From contig CAWBHS010000026.1 of the NCBI GenBank assembly GCA_963788655.1, positions 1 to 64,000 on the forward strand: 64,000 bases of DNA, written 5' to 3'. Below are positions 1-11,652 of this stretch, in pieces. The position numbers were made by a program, and so were the translations under genes. This DNA is from an uncultured Verrucomicrobiae bacterium (GTDB lineage Bacteria; Verrucomicrobiota; Verrucomicrobiia; Limisphaerales; JAFGQR01). The notes beneath the pieces were generated by a model. It was not told the origin of the DNA. It ran no database searches and saw only the letters and a program-made list of their open reading frames with translations. Every line of letters begins with the position of its first letter. The stretch's first letter is position 1.

Positions 1-355
1 CGGGACGGGCGTGGAAACCAGCCAACTGGAACGAGGGTATCGGCTGGAGGCGCTGATTGCGGTACTGGCGGTCGTGGCGGTGCGGTTGTTGAGCACCAAG
101 CTGCTGGCGCGCAGTCGCCCGGAAGGCGTGGAAGCGGTGGAGAGTTTTGGCCCCGAAGCGGTGGCCATTTTGGAACAGAAACTCGGCCGGCCCCAAGCGG
201 GATGGACCAACCAAAGCGTTTTGGTCGCGACCGCGCGACTGGGCGGGTTCGTGGCGCGCAAGGGCGACGGGCTGCCCGGCTGGCAGACCATCTGGCGCGG
301 TTGGCAGCGATTGATGTGGATGTGTGACGGAGTAGAAACTTTAAACGGAGGATGA
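1..355 (+). CDS. IS4-family transposase, C-terminal dimerisation region (5' partial)
   Basis: Motif ARLGGFVARKGDGLPGWQTIWRGWQRL, typical of the Tn5/IS50-like transposase C-terminus. Confidence 0.9.
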   Translation, partial: GTGVETSQLERGYRLEALIAVLAVVAVRLLSTKLLARSRPEGVEAVESFGPEAVAILEQKLGRPQAGWTNQSVLVATARLGGFVARKGDGLPGWQTIWRGWQRLMWMCDGVETLNGG

Positions 356-376
356 AAAGTTGTGGGTAATGACAAG
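1..376 (+). mobile_element. Right end of an IS4-family (IS50/Tn5-like) insertion sequence; left part lies outside the window
   Basis: The transposase C-terminus is followed by AGTTGTGGGTAATGACAAG (358-376), which resembles IS50-type ends (AGATGTGTATAAGAGACAG). The sequence switches abruptly to a TIR reading frame at 377. Confidence 0.75.
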
Positions 377-481
377 CACCTTCAGCCCATCCTTCCGCAA
401 CCGCTCGGCCAGCGGGCGCACGGCCGGCTTGTCCTTCGAGCTGTGGCTCAGGAAAACGTCGTATTGGAAGTCGCCGGGCAT
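377..481 (-). pseudogene. N-terminus of a TIR-domain protein, interrupted by the IS
   Basis: The minus strand from ATG at 481 reads MPGDFQYDVFLSHSSKDKPAVRPLAERLRKDGLKV (TIR start motif) and then runs directly into the IS end. It is not in the ORF track. Confidence 0.8.
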
Positions 482-483
482 GG

Positions 484-2214
484 TTATTCCCCGTTGGGCC
501 GGGCCTTTTGTGCGACAGCCAGGATGGGGTCCAACTTGGCAGTGACTTCGGGGGCCAGCTTGTCTTTAGGCACCAGCCCGGCGAGGACGTGATAATCCGT
601 TTTTCGGAGCAGGTTGGGCAGGGCCAATTTTTTGAAAAATCGCTCGAATACAGGATCGAGGAATTCGTCGCTTGCCTTGATGTCGTCCGACCACGGGCTC
701 GGCTTGCCTAAGGTAGCGAGCGCGGCGGTCACTTCAGCGATGCATTCGCGCATGACTTGTTCCCGACGCGCGGCTTCGGCCCTTCCGAAAAGATCGTCCG
801 GCTGATCGTGACACGCGTAGGCGAGCAGGACGTCCTCCTGGCAGAGGTAGTTTTCGATCTCACGCCGCTGCCACATCATCTCGGTGAGGGGCGTGCCCGA
901 TTGCAGCGGCCTTTCGAGTCGGTCAAACAGCGCGACGCCGACAAGATCGGTGCGGGCTTCTTGCAAGGCAAAGAAATGTTCCCGGGCGCGGCTGGGCAGG
1001 TTCGTCGTGAGGTAATGAACGAAAGGCCGCTCCAGTTCCTGGGCAGCCGGGTGGTCCAGGATGCGGGCAAAGGCCCGCAGGATGGCCAAATCCGTGGAGC
1101 CTTCCAGATAGAGTACCCAGCCTTTCAGGTCCGCCTGGTAGTAGTGGTCAAATCCAATGTCCGTCAGCGCTTTGACGACCTGTTGTCCGCGATCGTCCAT
1201 GCGGTGGGGTCGCCCGACAAACGCAATGACAACGTCCCGGTTGGCGGCCTCATTGAGCACGACTTCCGAATGGCTGGCCGCGATGACCTGGGAGCCCTGC
1301 TGCGAGGCCACGTCCGTGAGGAGTTGGTAAATCTGGCGCTGGCGCAGGACTTCGAGGTGGGCGTCAGGCTCGTCCAGCAGGAGGACTGTTTTGGGATTGG
1401 CGTAGAGATGGGCCAGCAAGAGCAGCGTCTGCTGCAAGCCGCGCCCGGCGCAGGAAAGGTCCAAGAGCGTACCCTGAGCGTCTCGATAGGCCATGGTAAT
1501 CTCCGCCCTCTCCAGCAGCTTGGGCGGTTGGAGGTCCACGCCGAACAGAGCTTGGAGGTGGGCGCAAACCTCGGACCAACCGGCGGCGCTGCCGGGTTGA
1601 TTGTACAGTTGATGGCAGAGGTTGCGAAGCACCTGGGCGGTTTCACCTTGGCCAATGAGAAACCCGATTTCGCCGGGCTGCTTCAGGAACTCTCTGTCCG
1701 TCAATCCCGACATCGGTGGGAGAAAGGCGCATCGCGAGTCACCGGCCTCGGGAGGAACCGCCATGCGCTGAGGCTGCTTCACTTCGGTGAGTCGCAGAGG
1801 GCGGCAATAGAACGACTCTTCGTTGGCGTAGTCGAATTCCAATCCACAACTCCACGCCTTTCCGCCGTTTACACCGTCCACGATGATGTCGATGCGGACG
1901 TTTTGAGTCTGCGGCTTGCCATTGACTCGCCGCACATCACGCACATGAAGGTTCCGCCAAAGAAGGTTCGCCGTTGGCACCGGAATGGCGACAAGATCAC
2001 GGCGGTTGATGGTGACCCCGGGACGCTGGGCGGGGACGGACTTGTCTTTGTATTCCGTGTTCCACTTGCGCAGCCCAACATCCCATAACGCGAGCGCTTG
2101 GAGGGCTGTGGTCTTTCCCAAGTTGTTTGGGCCGATGAAGACCACGGATTGCCCGAGTTCAACGTCGGCATCGCCAAATCGCTTGAAATTCTTGATGCGT
2201 AATCGTGTTAGCAT
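484..2214 (-). CDS. ABC/AAA-type ATPase with C-terminal TOPRIM-like domain (OLD-family-like ATP-dependent nuclease)
   Basis: N-terminal LRIKNFKRF, Walker A GPNNLGKTT, signature-like SCAGRGLQQ, Walker B/D-loop LLLDEPDAHL, H-loop ASHS, and TOPRIM-like YLEGSTD. Confidence 0.85.
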   Translation of the reverse strand: MLTRLRIKNFKRFGDADVELGQSVVFIGPNNLGKTTALQALALWDVGLRKWNTEYKDKSVPAQRPGVTINRRDLVAIPVPTANLLWRNLHVRDVRRVNGKPQTQNVRIDIIVDGVNGGKAWSCGLEFDYANEESFYCRPLRLTEVKQPQRMAVPPEAGDSRCAFLPPMSGLTDREFLKQPGEIGFLIGQGETAQVLRNLCHQLYNQPGSAAGWSEVCAHLQALFGVDLQPPKLLERAEITMAYRDAQGTLLDLSCAGRGLQQTLLLLAHLYANPKTVLLLDEPDAHLEVLRQRQIYQLLTDVASQQGSQVIAASHSEVVLNEAANRDVVIAFVGRPHRMDDRGQQVVKALTDIGFDHYYQADLKGWVLYLEGSTDLAILRAFARILDHPAAQELERPFVHYLTTNLPSRAREHFFALQEARTDLVGVALFDRLERPLQSGTPLTEMMWQRREIENYLCQEDVLLAYACHDQPDDLFGRAEAARREQVMRECIAEVTAALATLGKPSPWSDDIKASDEFLDPVFERFFKKLALPNLLRKTDYHVLAGLVPKDKLAPEVTAKLDPILAVAQKARPNGE

Positions 2215-2226
2215 GTGAAAACGAAT

Positions 2227-2475
2227 CTAGGTGTTCTCCTTGTAAAAGGCGGCAAGATTCTCGATCTTCGCCGGGATGCTGTCGGCCTTTGCCCCACGAC
2301 CCTCACCCGGCCTGCGGCCACCTTCTCCCGCTCCCGCGGGCGAGGGACATTCCCATTCATCGAACCACACCTTCAGCCCGTCCTGCCGCAACCGCTCCAC
2401 CAGCGGTTGCACCACCGCCTTGTCTTTCGCGCTGGGGCTCAAGAAAACATCGTGGATGAAGGCCGTATTGCTCAT
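2227..2475 (-). pseudogene. Truncated TIR-domain gene (82 aa) with an in-frame REP insertion
   Basis: Reads MSNTAFIHDVFLSPSAKDKAVVQPLVERLRQDGLKVWFDEW-[ECPSPAGAGEGGRRPGEGRGAKA]-DSIPAKIE followed by an early stop. Confidence 0.75.
2300..2346. repeat. REP-like palindromic element inside the TIR stub
   Basis: CCCTCACCCGGCCTGCGGCCACCTTCTCCCGCTCCCGCGGGCGAGGG has complementary ends (CCCTC...GAGGG). Confidence 0.6.
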
Positions 2476-2579
2476 AAGGCTTGGGGAAACGTATCGGAAC
2501 CGCTGGATTCTCTGCAAGCCTCGTTTCGGCTCTTGGCAACGGAGCGCGCGACGATAGACAGGCAGCCGCGAGGGCAGAA

Positions 2580-2716
2580 CGGAAATTCGAAATCCGACGC
2601 CCGAAAGAAGCCCGCAGCCTGAAGTTCGAAGTTTTCCAGTCCGCGCAAGTTGATGCCCGGTGACGGATCGAAACGGGAACTGCTTTCGGATTTCGACCTT
2701 CGGTTTTCGAACTTTA
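2580..2716. repeat. Intergenic element of short TTCGAA/TCCGA-type units arranged in inverted arms
   Basis: The left arm aattcgaaatccgac mirrors the right arm tttcggatttcgaccttcggttttcgaactt. Confidence 0.45.
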
Positions 2717-2748
2717 AACCGCTGATGGCGTTTGATAGAAGAATCCCA

Positions 2749-5267
2749 ATGAAACTCGTTGCCATGGCAGCCGGCTGGATTCTTTGCGGCTTGTGCGCTG
2801 CCGCCAGTGAAAACACGCCGCTCATCACCCACGATCCAGCGCAACGGATCATCACCATGGCGGATGCCGCCCGTAACCTGGTGCTGCGTTTGCGTTACGA
2901 TGGACGGTGTTACCTGGACCAGGTGACGCTGGGTGGCCGGAACGTCGTGGCCACGAACACCGGCGTGTGCAGCGCCGTGAAGGTCGGCGGGCAATGGTTC
3001 ACGACCCGCAACGGCATTCCCACGCCCACCGTCCGCACCACGAGCAACACGGTGGTGGTCTCGGACATCGCTTGCGGTGGTGGTAGAGTCGCATTCAAGG
3101 AAACCTGGCGGTTCACGGTGCAAACGGATTCCATCCGCTGGCGCCTCGAGCGGGAATACCTGACCGGCGGCACCTTGGAAGACACATATTTTCCGGGATG
3201 GGATTTCGCGGCGATGTCCACTTGGACCGGCGCCTTGCTTGGCTATGGCGGAGTCGCGTGGAGCAAACTCTTTGACACGCCCAATGCCACTTATGGCATG
3301 CATTCGAGCGAAATGACCTTTTGGAATCGCGAGCAGCAGACGTGCTTGCGCATCACTCCGGACGAACCGCCGGGGCAACACCTCGCCGCTCGGTTCAGTC
3401 GCCAGCCAAGCGGGATTTTTGCCGTGGCCCAATACGTGACTGCCGAGCGGATGGCCCCGAAATATGGACAGCGCCGTTACCTGCGGGATCGACAAGACGT
3501 GTGGGCGCCTTGGGCGGTGCGTCCCGGCGTGATCGCGATGGAGTACACCCTGCAAGCACTGGACTATACACAGGCATTTGATCGCGGACGTTTTCGCTAT
3601 TTCAACGGCGCCTCAATCCTCGAAATCCTGAACACCATTGCACGCATTGGTGCCATTGACGTCGATGTGCTGGGCAGCAACGGTTATTACAGCGGCTTTG
3701 CGGTTCTGCACGAGCCCTGGATTGCCCAACTCGGCCTGGCCATCGATGATCCCGGTTACTTCCGCGCTTACGCCCGCACCCTGGACTTTCAGCGCGATCA
3801 CGCCATCGGGTCCGATGGTCGCGTGAAGTCTCGCTGGTCGTACGACGCTGGCGACGCCATGCCGGGGACTTACGACCACTACGGCTTCTATGAGTGCCAA
3901 TGGGGCTGGCTATTGGACTCACAGCCGAGCTACGTGATCAATGTGGCCGAGCAATTCGATTTCACCGGTGACGTCGAATGGGTGCGGCGTCACCAGGCCA
4001 CCGTCGAAAAGGCGCTGGAGTTTCTCCTTAAACGCGACGCGGACAACGATGGTCTGGTCGAAATGATGACCGATTCGCACACGGCAGCGCGGGGCAGCGA
4101 TTGGATCGACATCATCTGGGCCGCGCACGAGAACGCCTTCGTCAATGCCCAGCTTTATCAAGCGCTGACGTTGTGGGCCGGTGTGGAACAAATCCTGGGC
4201 GACGACAGCCGGGCTCAGACCTATCGCCGTCAGGCGGCGAAGCTCAAGGACCGCTTCAACGCACCGACGACCGAGGGCGGTTTCTGGAATGCCGCCAAGC
4301 AATGGTACGTCTATTGGCGTGACAAGGATGACAGCATCCATGGTGACAACCTGGTGGTGCCGGTGAATTTCATGGCCATCGCCTACGGTTTGTGCGACCA
4401 AACCGACCGCGCTCGCGCCATTCTCGACCACGTCGAACGGCGGATGCAGCAGGAAGGATTGTTCTTCTGGCCGCTGTGTTTTGATTCCTACCAACGGGGA
4501 GAAGGCGCTGACTGGCAATTCCCGTTTCCCAATTATGAAAACGGCGACCTCTTCCTGGCCTGGGGTGAAACCGGCACTCGCGCCTATGCCCGGTTCAAAC
4601 CCGCCATTGCCGTGAAATACATCAAGAACGCGTTGGACCAATATGAACGCGACGGTTTGGCCTTCCAACGCTATCTGCGGAAGACGCAACAGGGCGCCGG
4701 CAACGACATCCTGGCGAACAACTGTTCTCCGGTCGTGGGGCTCTATCGTAATATCTACGGCGTCCAGCCGAAGTGGAACCGGCTGTTCCTGGAGCCGCAT
4801 CTCACGCCCGAGTTGAACGGGACGCAGCTCAAATACCGGCTGCGCGGCCAGACGTACACCATCGACCTCAACATGGACGATTACCGTGTGGCGGCGAATG
4901 GATGGGCCTTGCGCGGTCATCAGCCATTCGCAGTGAACCTCGGCGCAACGCAAGCGGATTACTTCCCCGGCATCCAGGCTGCGCCATCCTTGACCGTGAC
5001 CCGACCGGGAACTGTGCCGGCCGAAGTCAGTATTGAAGCGTGGTCAAACCAGCCGCGATCGCGCGCCGATGGACCATCGCCTGCCGAGTGCCCATCACCA
5101 CCGTGAAGCAAACAGTGTCCGGCTTGGCGCCAGCCATGCGGTTTGCCTTGTTGCACGACGGAGTTGAAGTGGCGAACTTGTCCAGCGACTCGCAAGGGCG
5201 TTTGACTTTCGAGCGCCCCCTCGACGACCAGCAACCGCAGCGGTTTGAATTGCGCGCAAACGACTGA
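2749..5267 (+). CDS. Secreted six-hairpin (alpha/alpha)6 glycoside hydrolase-like protein; probable frameshift near 5060
   Basis: Signal peptide MKLVAMAAGWILCGLCAAA; motifs DADNDGLVEM, SDWIDII, ENAFVNAQLYQAL, YENG. The C-terminus appears to continue in ORF 5040..5267. Confidence 0.7.
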
Positions 5268-5421
5268 ATTGCACTCAAGCCCCTTGAGATGACAGCAATC
5301 AAGAAGTTACTTCCTTTTGGGTTCCTGGCCACCCTGCACCGCTTCCCGAAGCATCTCCGACAATTCCATTGCATCTGCCAAGTTGTTTTGGAAGTCTGGG
5401 GTGACATCACAATAAAAATCT

Positions 5422-7237
5422 ATGAGAATGAAGCTCAACAATTTTCTGGTCGGCCTAACCGGTCTGTTTCTAGTCAGCATCACCTTGCCCCCGGCCTTCG
5501 CGCAGAATGCCACCAAGGATTACACGAAAGAATCCGCGGCGGAACGCGACGCCCGCATGGCATGGTTCCGCGAGGCCCGTTTCGGCATGTTCATCCACTG
5601 GGGCGTCTATTCCGTGCCCGCCGGCGAATGGAAGGGCAAGACCAACTACGCCGAGTGGTTCCTGGAGCAGACCAAGATGCCCGTGCTCCGAGTACGAAAA
5701 GTATCGCCCAGCAGTTCAATCCGGTGAAATTCGACGCGCAGGAATGGGTGCGCCTCGCCAAGAACGCCGGCATGAAATACATCGTCATCACCAGCAAACA
5801 CCATGACGGCTTCGGCATGTTCCGCTCCGAGTTGACCGACTGGTGCATCAAGTCCACGCCCTTCCAACGCGACCCGCTCAAGGAGTTGGCCGACCGCCTG
5901 CCAGGCGGCCGGCATCAAGCTCTGCTTCTACTACTCGATCATGGATTGGCATCATCCGGACTGGGGCACCCGCCGGGCGTGGAACGACATGGCGCCCGCC
6001 ACGCCGCCGAACATGGACCGCTACGTCGCCTACATGAAAGGCCAGCTCAAGGAATTGCTCACCGGCTACGGCCCGCATCGGCATTCTGTGGTTCGACGGC
6101 GAATGGGAAAGCCCCTGGACCCACGAGCGCGGGCGTGGACCTTTACAATTACGTGCGCAGCCTCCAGCCCAACATCATCGTCAACAACCGCGTCGGCAAA
6201 GGCCGGGCCGGCATGGGGGGCATGGACAAGGGCCGAGGGCGTGGGCGACTACGGCACGCCCGAGCAGGAGATTCCGCCGACCGGCTTCGGGCCGGGCGTG
6301 GATTGGGAATCCTGCATGACCATGAACAACCATTGGGGCTACAACAAGCACGACCAGAATTGGAAATCCGCCCGCATGCTTGATTCGCAACCTGATCGAT
6401 TGCGCCAGCAAAGGCGGCAATTACCTGCTCAACATCGGGCCCACCAGCGAAGGACTCTTCCCCGCGCCCAGCATCGAGCGACTGGCCGCAATCGGCGACT
6501 GGATGAAAGTGAATCACGAAGCCATCTATGGCACCACGGCGAGTGCCTTCAAGAAACTCAGCTATGGCCGCTGCACCCAAAAGCCGGGCAAGCTGTACCT
6601 GCACGTGTTCGACTGGCCGGCGGATGGCAGGCTCCTGGTGCCCATTGCCAATCCGGTGCGGCGGGCCTATCTGCTGGCCGCTCGCAACCAACGGCTGCGC
6701 ACGGAAAAGACCGACGCCGGCCAAGTGCTGATCGTGCCCGCAACCGCACCCGATCTCAACGCGACCGTGGTGGTCGTGGAACTCGAAGGCAAACCCGAAG
6801 TGCTGGCGACCGCTTCCTCCCTCAAACAAACGGCGGACGGCACGTTGGTCCTCAACGCGAGCAACGCCGAGTTGGTGGGTTCCTCCATCAAACTGGAAAC
6901 CAAGACGGACAACGTTCCCAACATTGGCTACTGGGTGAACCAAAATGATTTTGTCCAATGGCCGGTGGTGATCACCCGGCCCGGTCTTTACGATCTGGAG
7001 GTGAGTTACGCGTGCGAACCGGACTCCGCCGGCAGCGAATGTGTGCTGGCGATTGGCAGCCAGGAGTACAGCCGCGCCGTGGAAGCCACCCAGGGATGGG
7101 GCGATTTCCAAACCGCAACGCTGGGGCAACTGCAAATCGATCAGACCGGCCCGATCACCATTTCGCTCAAAGCCACGAACAAGCCCGGATTGGCCGTGGT
7201 CAACCTGCGCCATCTGACCTTTCGCCCCGTGAACTGA
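5422..7237 (+). CDS. Alpha-L-fucosidase (GH29) with C-terminal carbohydrate-binding module; several frameshifts
   Basis: WFREARFGMFIHWGVYSVP, AGMKYIVITSKHHDGF, DWHHPD, WESCMTMNNHWGY and SKGGNYLLNIGP are spread over consecutive frames. Confidence 0.9.
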
Positions 7238-7332
7238 CGGTCAAACGCCTGTCGCCAAGCCAATCGATGGCAGCAGCTTCAGGCGTTTAATCCAATGGAC
7301 TATGCCGTCGCCGTTCAAAGGCGTTGCCAAGC

Positions 7333-7989
7333 ATGAACCCGTTTCGCGCAGTGATTTTCGACATGGACGGCGTGATCGTGAACAGCGAACCGTTGCACGA
7401 GCGGGCCTTCTTCGAAGTGATGGACGAACTCGGTTACGGTCACAATCACGGGCTTCAGTTCGCCGATTATGTGGGACGGTCCGATTACGTGCTTTGGCAG
7501 GATTTCATTGCGAAACACAAACCATCGCAATCCCTGGCGGAATTGCTGGCATTGAAGTGCAATCGCGTCGTCGATATTGTCCGGCAGACCGAGCCCATAT
7601 TTGGCGGACTCCTGGAATTGGTGGAAACGCTGACGGCCCACTGGCCGCTGGCAGTGGCCTCGGGTTCCGAACGCCCGGTCGTGAATACCGTGCTGAGTCT
7701 GCAAGGCCTCGCGCAGTTCTTCCCAGTCGTGGTGACGGGTGGCGACGTCACCCAAGGTAAACCGGCACCGGATATCTTCCTGCGCGCGGCCCAGCAACTG
7801 GGGCATCGGCCGCAGAACTGCGTGGTCATTGAAGACTCCAAACCTGGCGTGGCCGCCGGTTTAGCGGCCGGAATGCAAGTCATCGCCATCACCAACACGC
7901 ATCCGGCCACCGAACTCGCCGAGGCCACCGAAGTGGTGCGGACGTATCCGGAGATAGCCGATCTGCTGGTCCATGCTGGACCACCTTAA
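7333..7989 (+). CDS. HAD-family phosphatase (beta-phosphoglucomutase-like)
   Basis: Motifs FDMDGVIVNSE, GKPAPDIFL and VIEDSKPGV. Confidence 0.9.
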   Translation: MNPFRAVIFDMDGVIVNSEPLHERAFFEVMDELGYGHNHGLQFADYVGRSDYVLWQDFIAKHKPSQSLAELLALKCNRVVDIVRQTEPIFGGLLELVETLTAHWPLAVASGSERPVVNTVLSLQGLAQFFPVVVTGGDVTQGKPAPDIFLRAAQQLGHRPQNCVVIEDSKPGVAAGLAAGMQVIAITNTHPATELAEATEVVRTYPEIADLLVHAGPP

Positions 7990-8109
7990 ACCTCTCGTAG
8001 ATTTGCGGAGTTCATTGACCGCAAGAGGCCCAATGGTATGTCAGGCTTCCAGCCGGCAATTTCTTGTCCGGGTCCATTGACATCGATTACAACGTAAACC
8101 AAAGAAAGC

Positions 8110-10711
8110 ATGACAAGACTCAAACTGATTACCGCCGCCGCAGTGATGCTGTTGGCCCCAATGGCCTTCAGCGCCGATTTGACCGTTACCACCCTGGCCG
8201 ACCAGGGCGCCGGTTCCCTGCGTCAGGCGATTGCTGACGCTCAATCGGGTGATCGCATCGTTTTTGCGAATGGCTTCGCTGGCCAGATTGTCCTGACGAG
8301 CGGGACCCTGCAAATCGACAAAGACCTGACTATTGCCGGACCCGGCGCGGACGAACTGTCCATCCGTGGCGCAGCGCCAGTATTTCGCGTTAGCGGGAAC
8401 GCGGTTGTGAGCATCTCCGGGCTGGCCCTTAAGGACATCTACGCGATTACCATCGATGGCGCCGGCATCCAACTCGAGGCCGGCACGCTGACGGTTAGCC
8501 GGTGTCGGTTTGAAAGTCTTATTGGCGGCAACGGTGGCGCTATCGCGGTAAGTACCGGCACGCTGCAAGTCCGCCAATGCACCTTTCTAAGCTGCGGCGC
8601 TCAGTCGGGAGTCGGCGTGGCTGGCTCGGGCGGCTGCATCTACAACGACAGCGGAACGGTGGAAATCGCCGATAGCACCGCCGAGTTGTGCTTTGCCACG
8701 GACGGCGCCGTGGTGTACAGCCAAGGCTCGTCCGGGGTCACCTTGAGTGGCTGCTTGTTCTATGAAAACGACGCCATCAAGGGCAGTGTCGTGTACAACC
8801 ACACGGCCACGGTGGAGGCCCTGGAATGCACCTTTGGTGCGAATTTCGCGGAAGCCGGCGGCGCCATTTTCAATGACGCCGGCACGGTCAGTCTGAGCTA
8901 CTGCACATATTCCGCCAACTTCACCGAGGCGGCCGGCGGAGCGATCTTCAATGATGGTGGCACGGTCTATCTGGCCAACACCATTCTGGCGAACGATTAC
9001 GGCGGTGGCCATTACGCGGGCGCCAACGATGCGGAAACCATTTCTCTCGGCTACAACCTTTGCGACAACAACGACTGCAGTGCTTTTCTAACTGCCGAAG
9101 ACGACCAAAACGGCGTCCCCGCTGGTCTGGCAACAGATACTCCCGTGGACAACGGTGGCTTGACCTATACCATTGCTTTATCGGAAACCAGCCCGGCCAT
9201 CAACGCCGGCGATCCCAACTTCGTTCCGCCTCCGTATTACGATCAGCGCGGAGAAGGTTATCCGCGCGTGCGCGGCGGCCGGATCGATATCGGGGCAGTT
9301 GAGTTCCAGAGCGCGGCGTCGCCACTGGCCATGCAGTGCCCGGCTCCATTGACTGTGGAATGCGCTTCCCCGAGCGGAACCCCCGTGACCCTCACGGCGA
9401 TCGTCACCGACACCGATGGCGCGGTGTTTCACGTGACGTGGTTGGTGGACGGCCAATCCGCACAATCCGACGACGTTCCAATCGGCGGCGCCAGCACAAG
9501 CTTAACGTTCACCGGTTCATTCGGCTTCGGTTCTCACTCGGTTGAAGTCCTGGTCATTAGTGACACTGGCAACCAAATGAGTTGCTCTACGTCCGTCACG
9601 GTCGAGGACCACACCGTTCCTGTCTTAGTATGCCCGGAGGACATCACCGCGGCCAATGCGGCTGCCGTGCCGGTGCCGGATCCCGACAATGTTCAGGCGA
9701 GCGCCGGCTGCTCAGCCGTGACGGTGACTTGGCTGGGCGACAGCGTTACTGCCAGTGCGGTGGCTTCGGGGGCACCATTCTCCGCACCTACCAAGCCACT
9801 TCCGCCGGGGGGCAAACAGCGGTTTGCGTGCAGACCATCACGGTGCTGTCCCAACTCGTTTTCAGCGACGAACACGTCACCGTACATTACGACAACAAAA
9901 ACGCGCCGAATGTCACGGGGGCCAATCACGGCTACAACAAGGCCGAGTTCCGGGGCAACGTCAGCTTCTGCGATGCGGGCCTGCTGCCTCCAGGCCTATT
10001 GGCGCCCGGAGCCAAAACCGTCTCAGCCCATGTGCTGGCCATGCTGGGCGACGTGCTGATTGCAGATGTCGAACTGGCTCTGGAAGTCAAAGGCGGACAT
10101 CAGGAGAAATGGGAATCGCCACACGGCCCGCACGGTGCGGTGGAAACCCTGAAACTCCATTGGAAAAACGCGGTGAAGTTCAACGCCAAAGATTCCAATC
10201 CGGAGTCGCCCAAGATGGAATCCAAGTTCATCGGCCTGGCCAACACGGATTTGCGTTACGAAGCCAAGGCTGGCTCCTACACCACTGTTTTCCCGAATAG
10301 CGTTGCGCTTACCGTCGAGGAAGGAAAAGTCGTTAGCGTCACCGGTTTGGGCAGCGGGCACCTACGAAATCGCCAACGACGAAAAGAAAGCCGATCTGAT
10401 GCTGCCTTACCGCTTGGTTCCCGGCATGGTGATCCCCATCCGCGGGCGACCTTAACGATACGGTCGTGGTGGCGGCGGGCGTGAACTACGAAACCGTCGA
10501 AGCCAAGTTCCAATTGAAACTGCAGCCGGACATCTTGCCGGTGCTGCCGTTGTTCAGCGAGCCGGATACGCTTCGCTACGACATTTTCCTGGGCACGGGA
10601 ACCGGTGAACGGATGGCCGTCGGCAATTCGGTGGTCGGCGTGGGTGCCAGAAAGTGGAACCAGAACGCCGGCAACCACAAGAAATTCAACGACGACGACA
10701 CGACGGATTAA
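8110..10711 (+). CDS. Secreted beta-helix protein with GGAI repeats, choice-of-anchor-Q-like and HYR-like domains; frameshifts near 9770 and 10360-10460
   Basis: Signal peptide; GAGSLRQAI start; repeated GGAIFND; DNGGLTYTIAL...SPAINAGD...DQRG...IDIGAVE; CSTSVTVEDHTVPVLVCPEDIT. Confidence 0.7.
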
Positions 10712-10714
10712 CCG

Positions 10715-11530
10715 CTACGAGTGCAAGGCGCTACTGAAAGCTCGGTGGAACTGCTCGGAGATCGGGTGTCGAATGCCGAGGTGCTGGAAAATGGCTTTGC
10801 AGGCGGCTTTGGCGCCCTCATTGTCGTAATCGCGCTGACGTTGCAGCACCTCGATAAACGCCGCCAATGCTTTGGCGTAGTCGCCTTTCTTGGCCGCTTT
10901 CGCCCCCTCTACATAGCGGGCCCGCACGGGCGCCTCGGCCAGTTGATCCGGATGCTCCGCCACGTCGGCAATCCGGGCCAGGGTGCGCAAGGCGGCGGCT
11001 TTGTCGGCAAACTCGGACTCAAGCCCGATGCCCGTCAGTAAATCCGCCACGCGCTGTGGTTGCGCGACCAAACAGCACTCGGCCAACAACAAGCGCGCCG
11101 GTTCGTTCGCCGGTTCGCTGGCCACCACCGGTTCCAACCGGGCCGCGGCTTCGGACGCCCGGCCTCCGGCCAACATCCCTTTGGCCTTGGCCAGCACCTC
11201 GGCGTTGGGTGAAGGCAGCGCCTGGTTGAGCCATTGGCGAACCTGGGGTTCCGGCAGGGCACCGAGGAATTCATTGACCACCTTCCCCTGGTGAAAAAGC
11301 TTTACCGCCGGAATGCTCCGGATGTCGAACGCCATCGCCAGTTCCTCGTTTTCTTCGGTGTTGATCTTCACCAACTCCCATCGGCCCTGCGCTTCCGCCG
11401 CGAGCTTTTCGAGGATCGGCCCCAACGTTTTGCACGGTCCGCACCAGGGGGCCCAAAAATCCACCAGCACCGGGATTTGCTGGCTGCGTTTCAACACATC
11501 TTGCTCGAATGTTTTTACATCGTATTTCAT
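10715..11530 (-). CDS. Thioredoxin-TPR protein (CnoX/YbbN family)
   Basis: VLVDFWAPWCGPCK thioredoxin motif followed by a helical TPR-like region. Confidence 0.9.
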   Translation of the reverse strand: MKYDVKTFEQDVLKRSQQIPVLVDFWAPWCGPCKTLGPILEKLAAEAQGRWELVKINTEENEELAMAFDIRSIPAVKLFHQGKVVNEFLGALPEPQVRQWLNQALPSPNAEVLAKAKGMLAGGRASEAAARLEPVVASEPANEPARLLLAECCLVAQPQRVADLLTGIGLESEFADKAAALRTLARIADVAEHPDQLAEAPVRARYVEGAKAAKKGDYAKALAAFIEVLQRQRDYDNEGAKAACKAIFQHLGIRHPISEQFHRAFSSALHS

Positions 11531-11652
11531 GGCTAAGTCCAACTTAGGCCATCCTCGCCGCGAGAGCGAGAACTAAGGGGGGGTGTTCTCCAAACGGTTT
11601 GCCAGCAACCTTCTGACGCTCAACAGCCAGAGAAAGGATTGGGAGGAATGTT

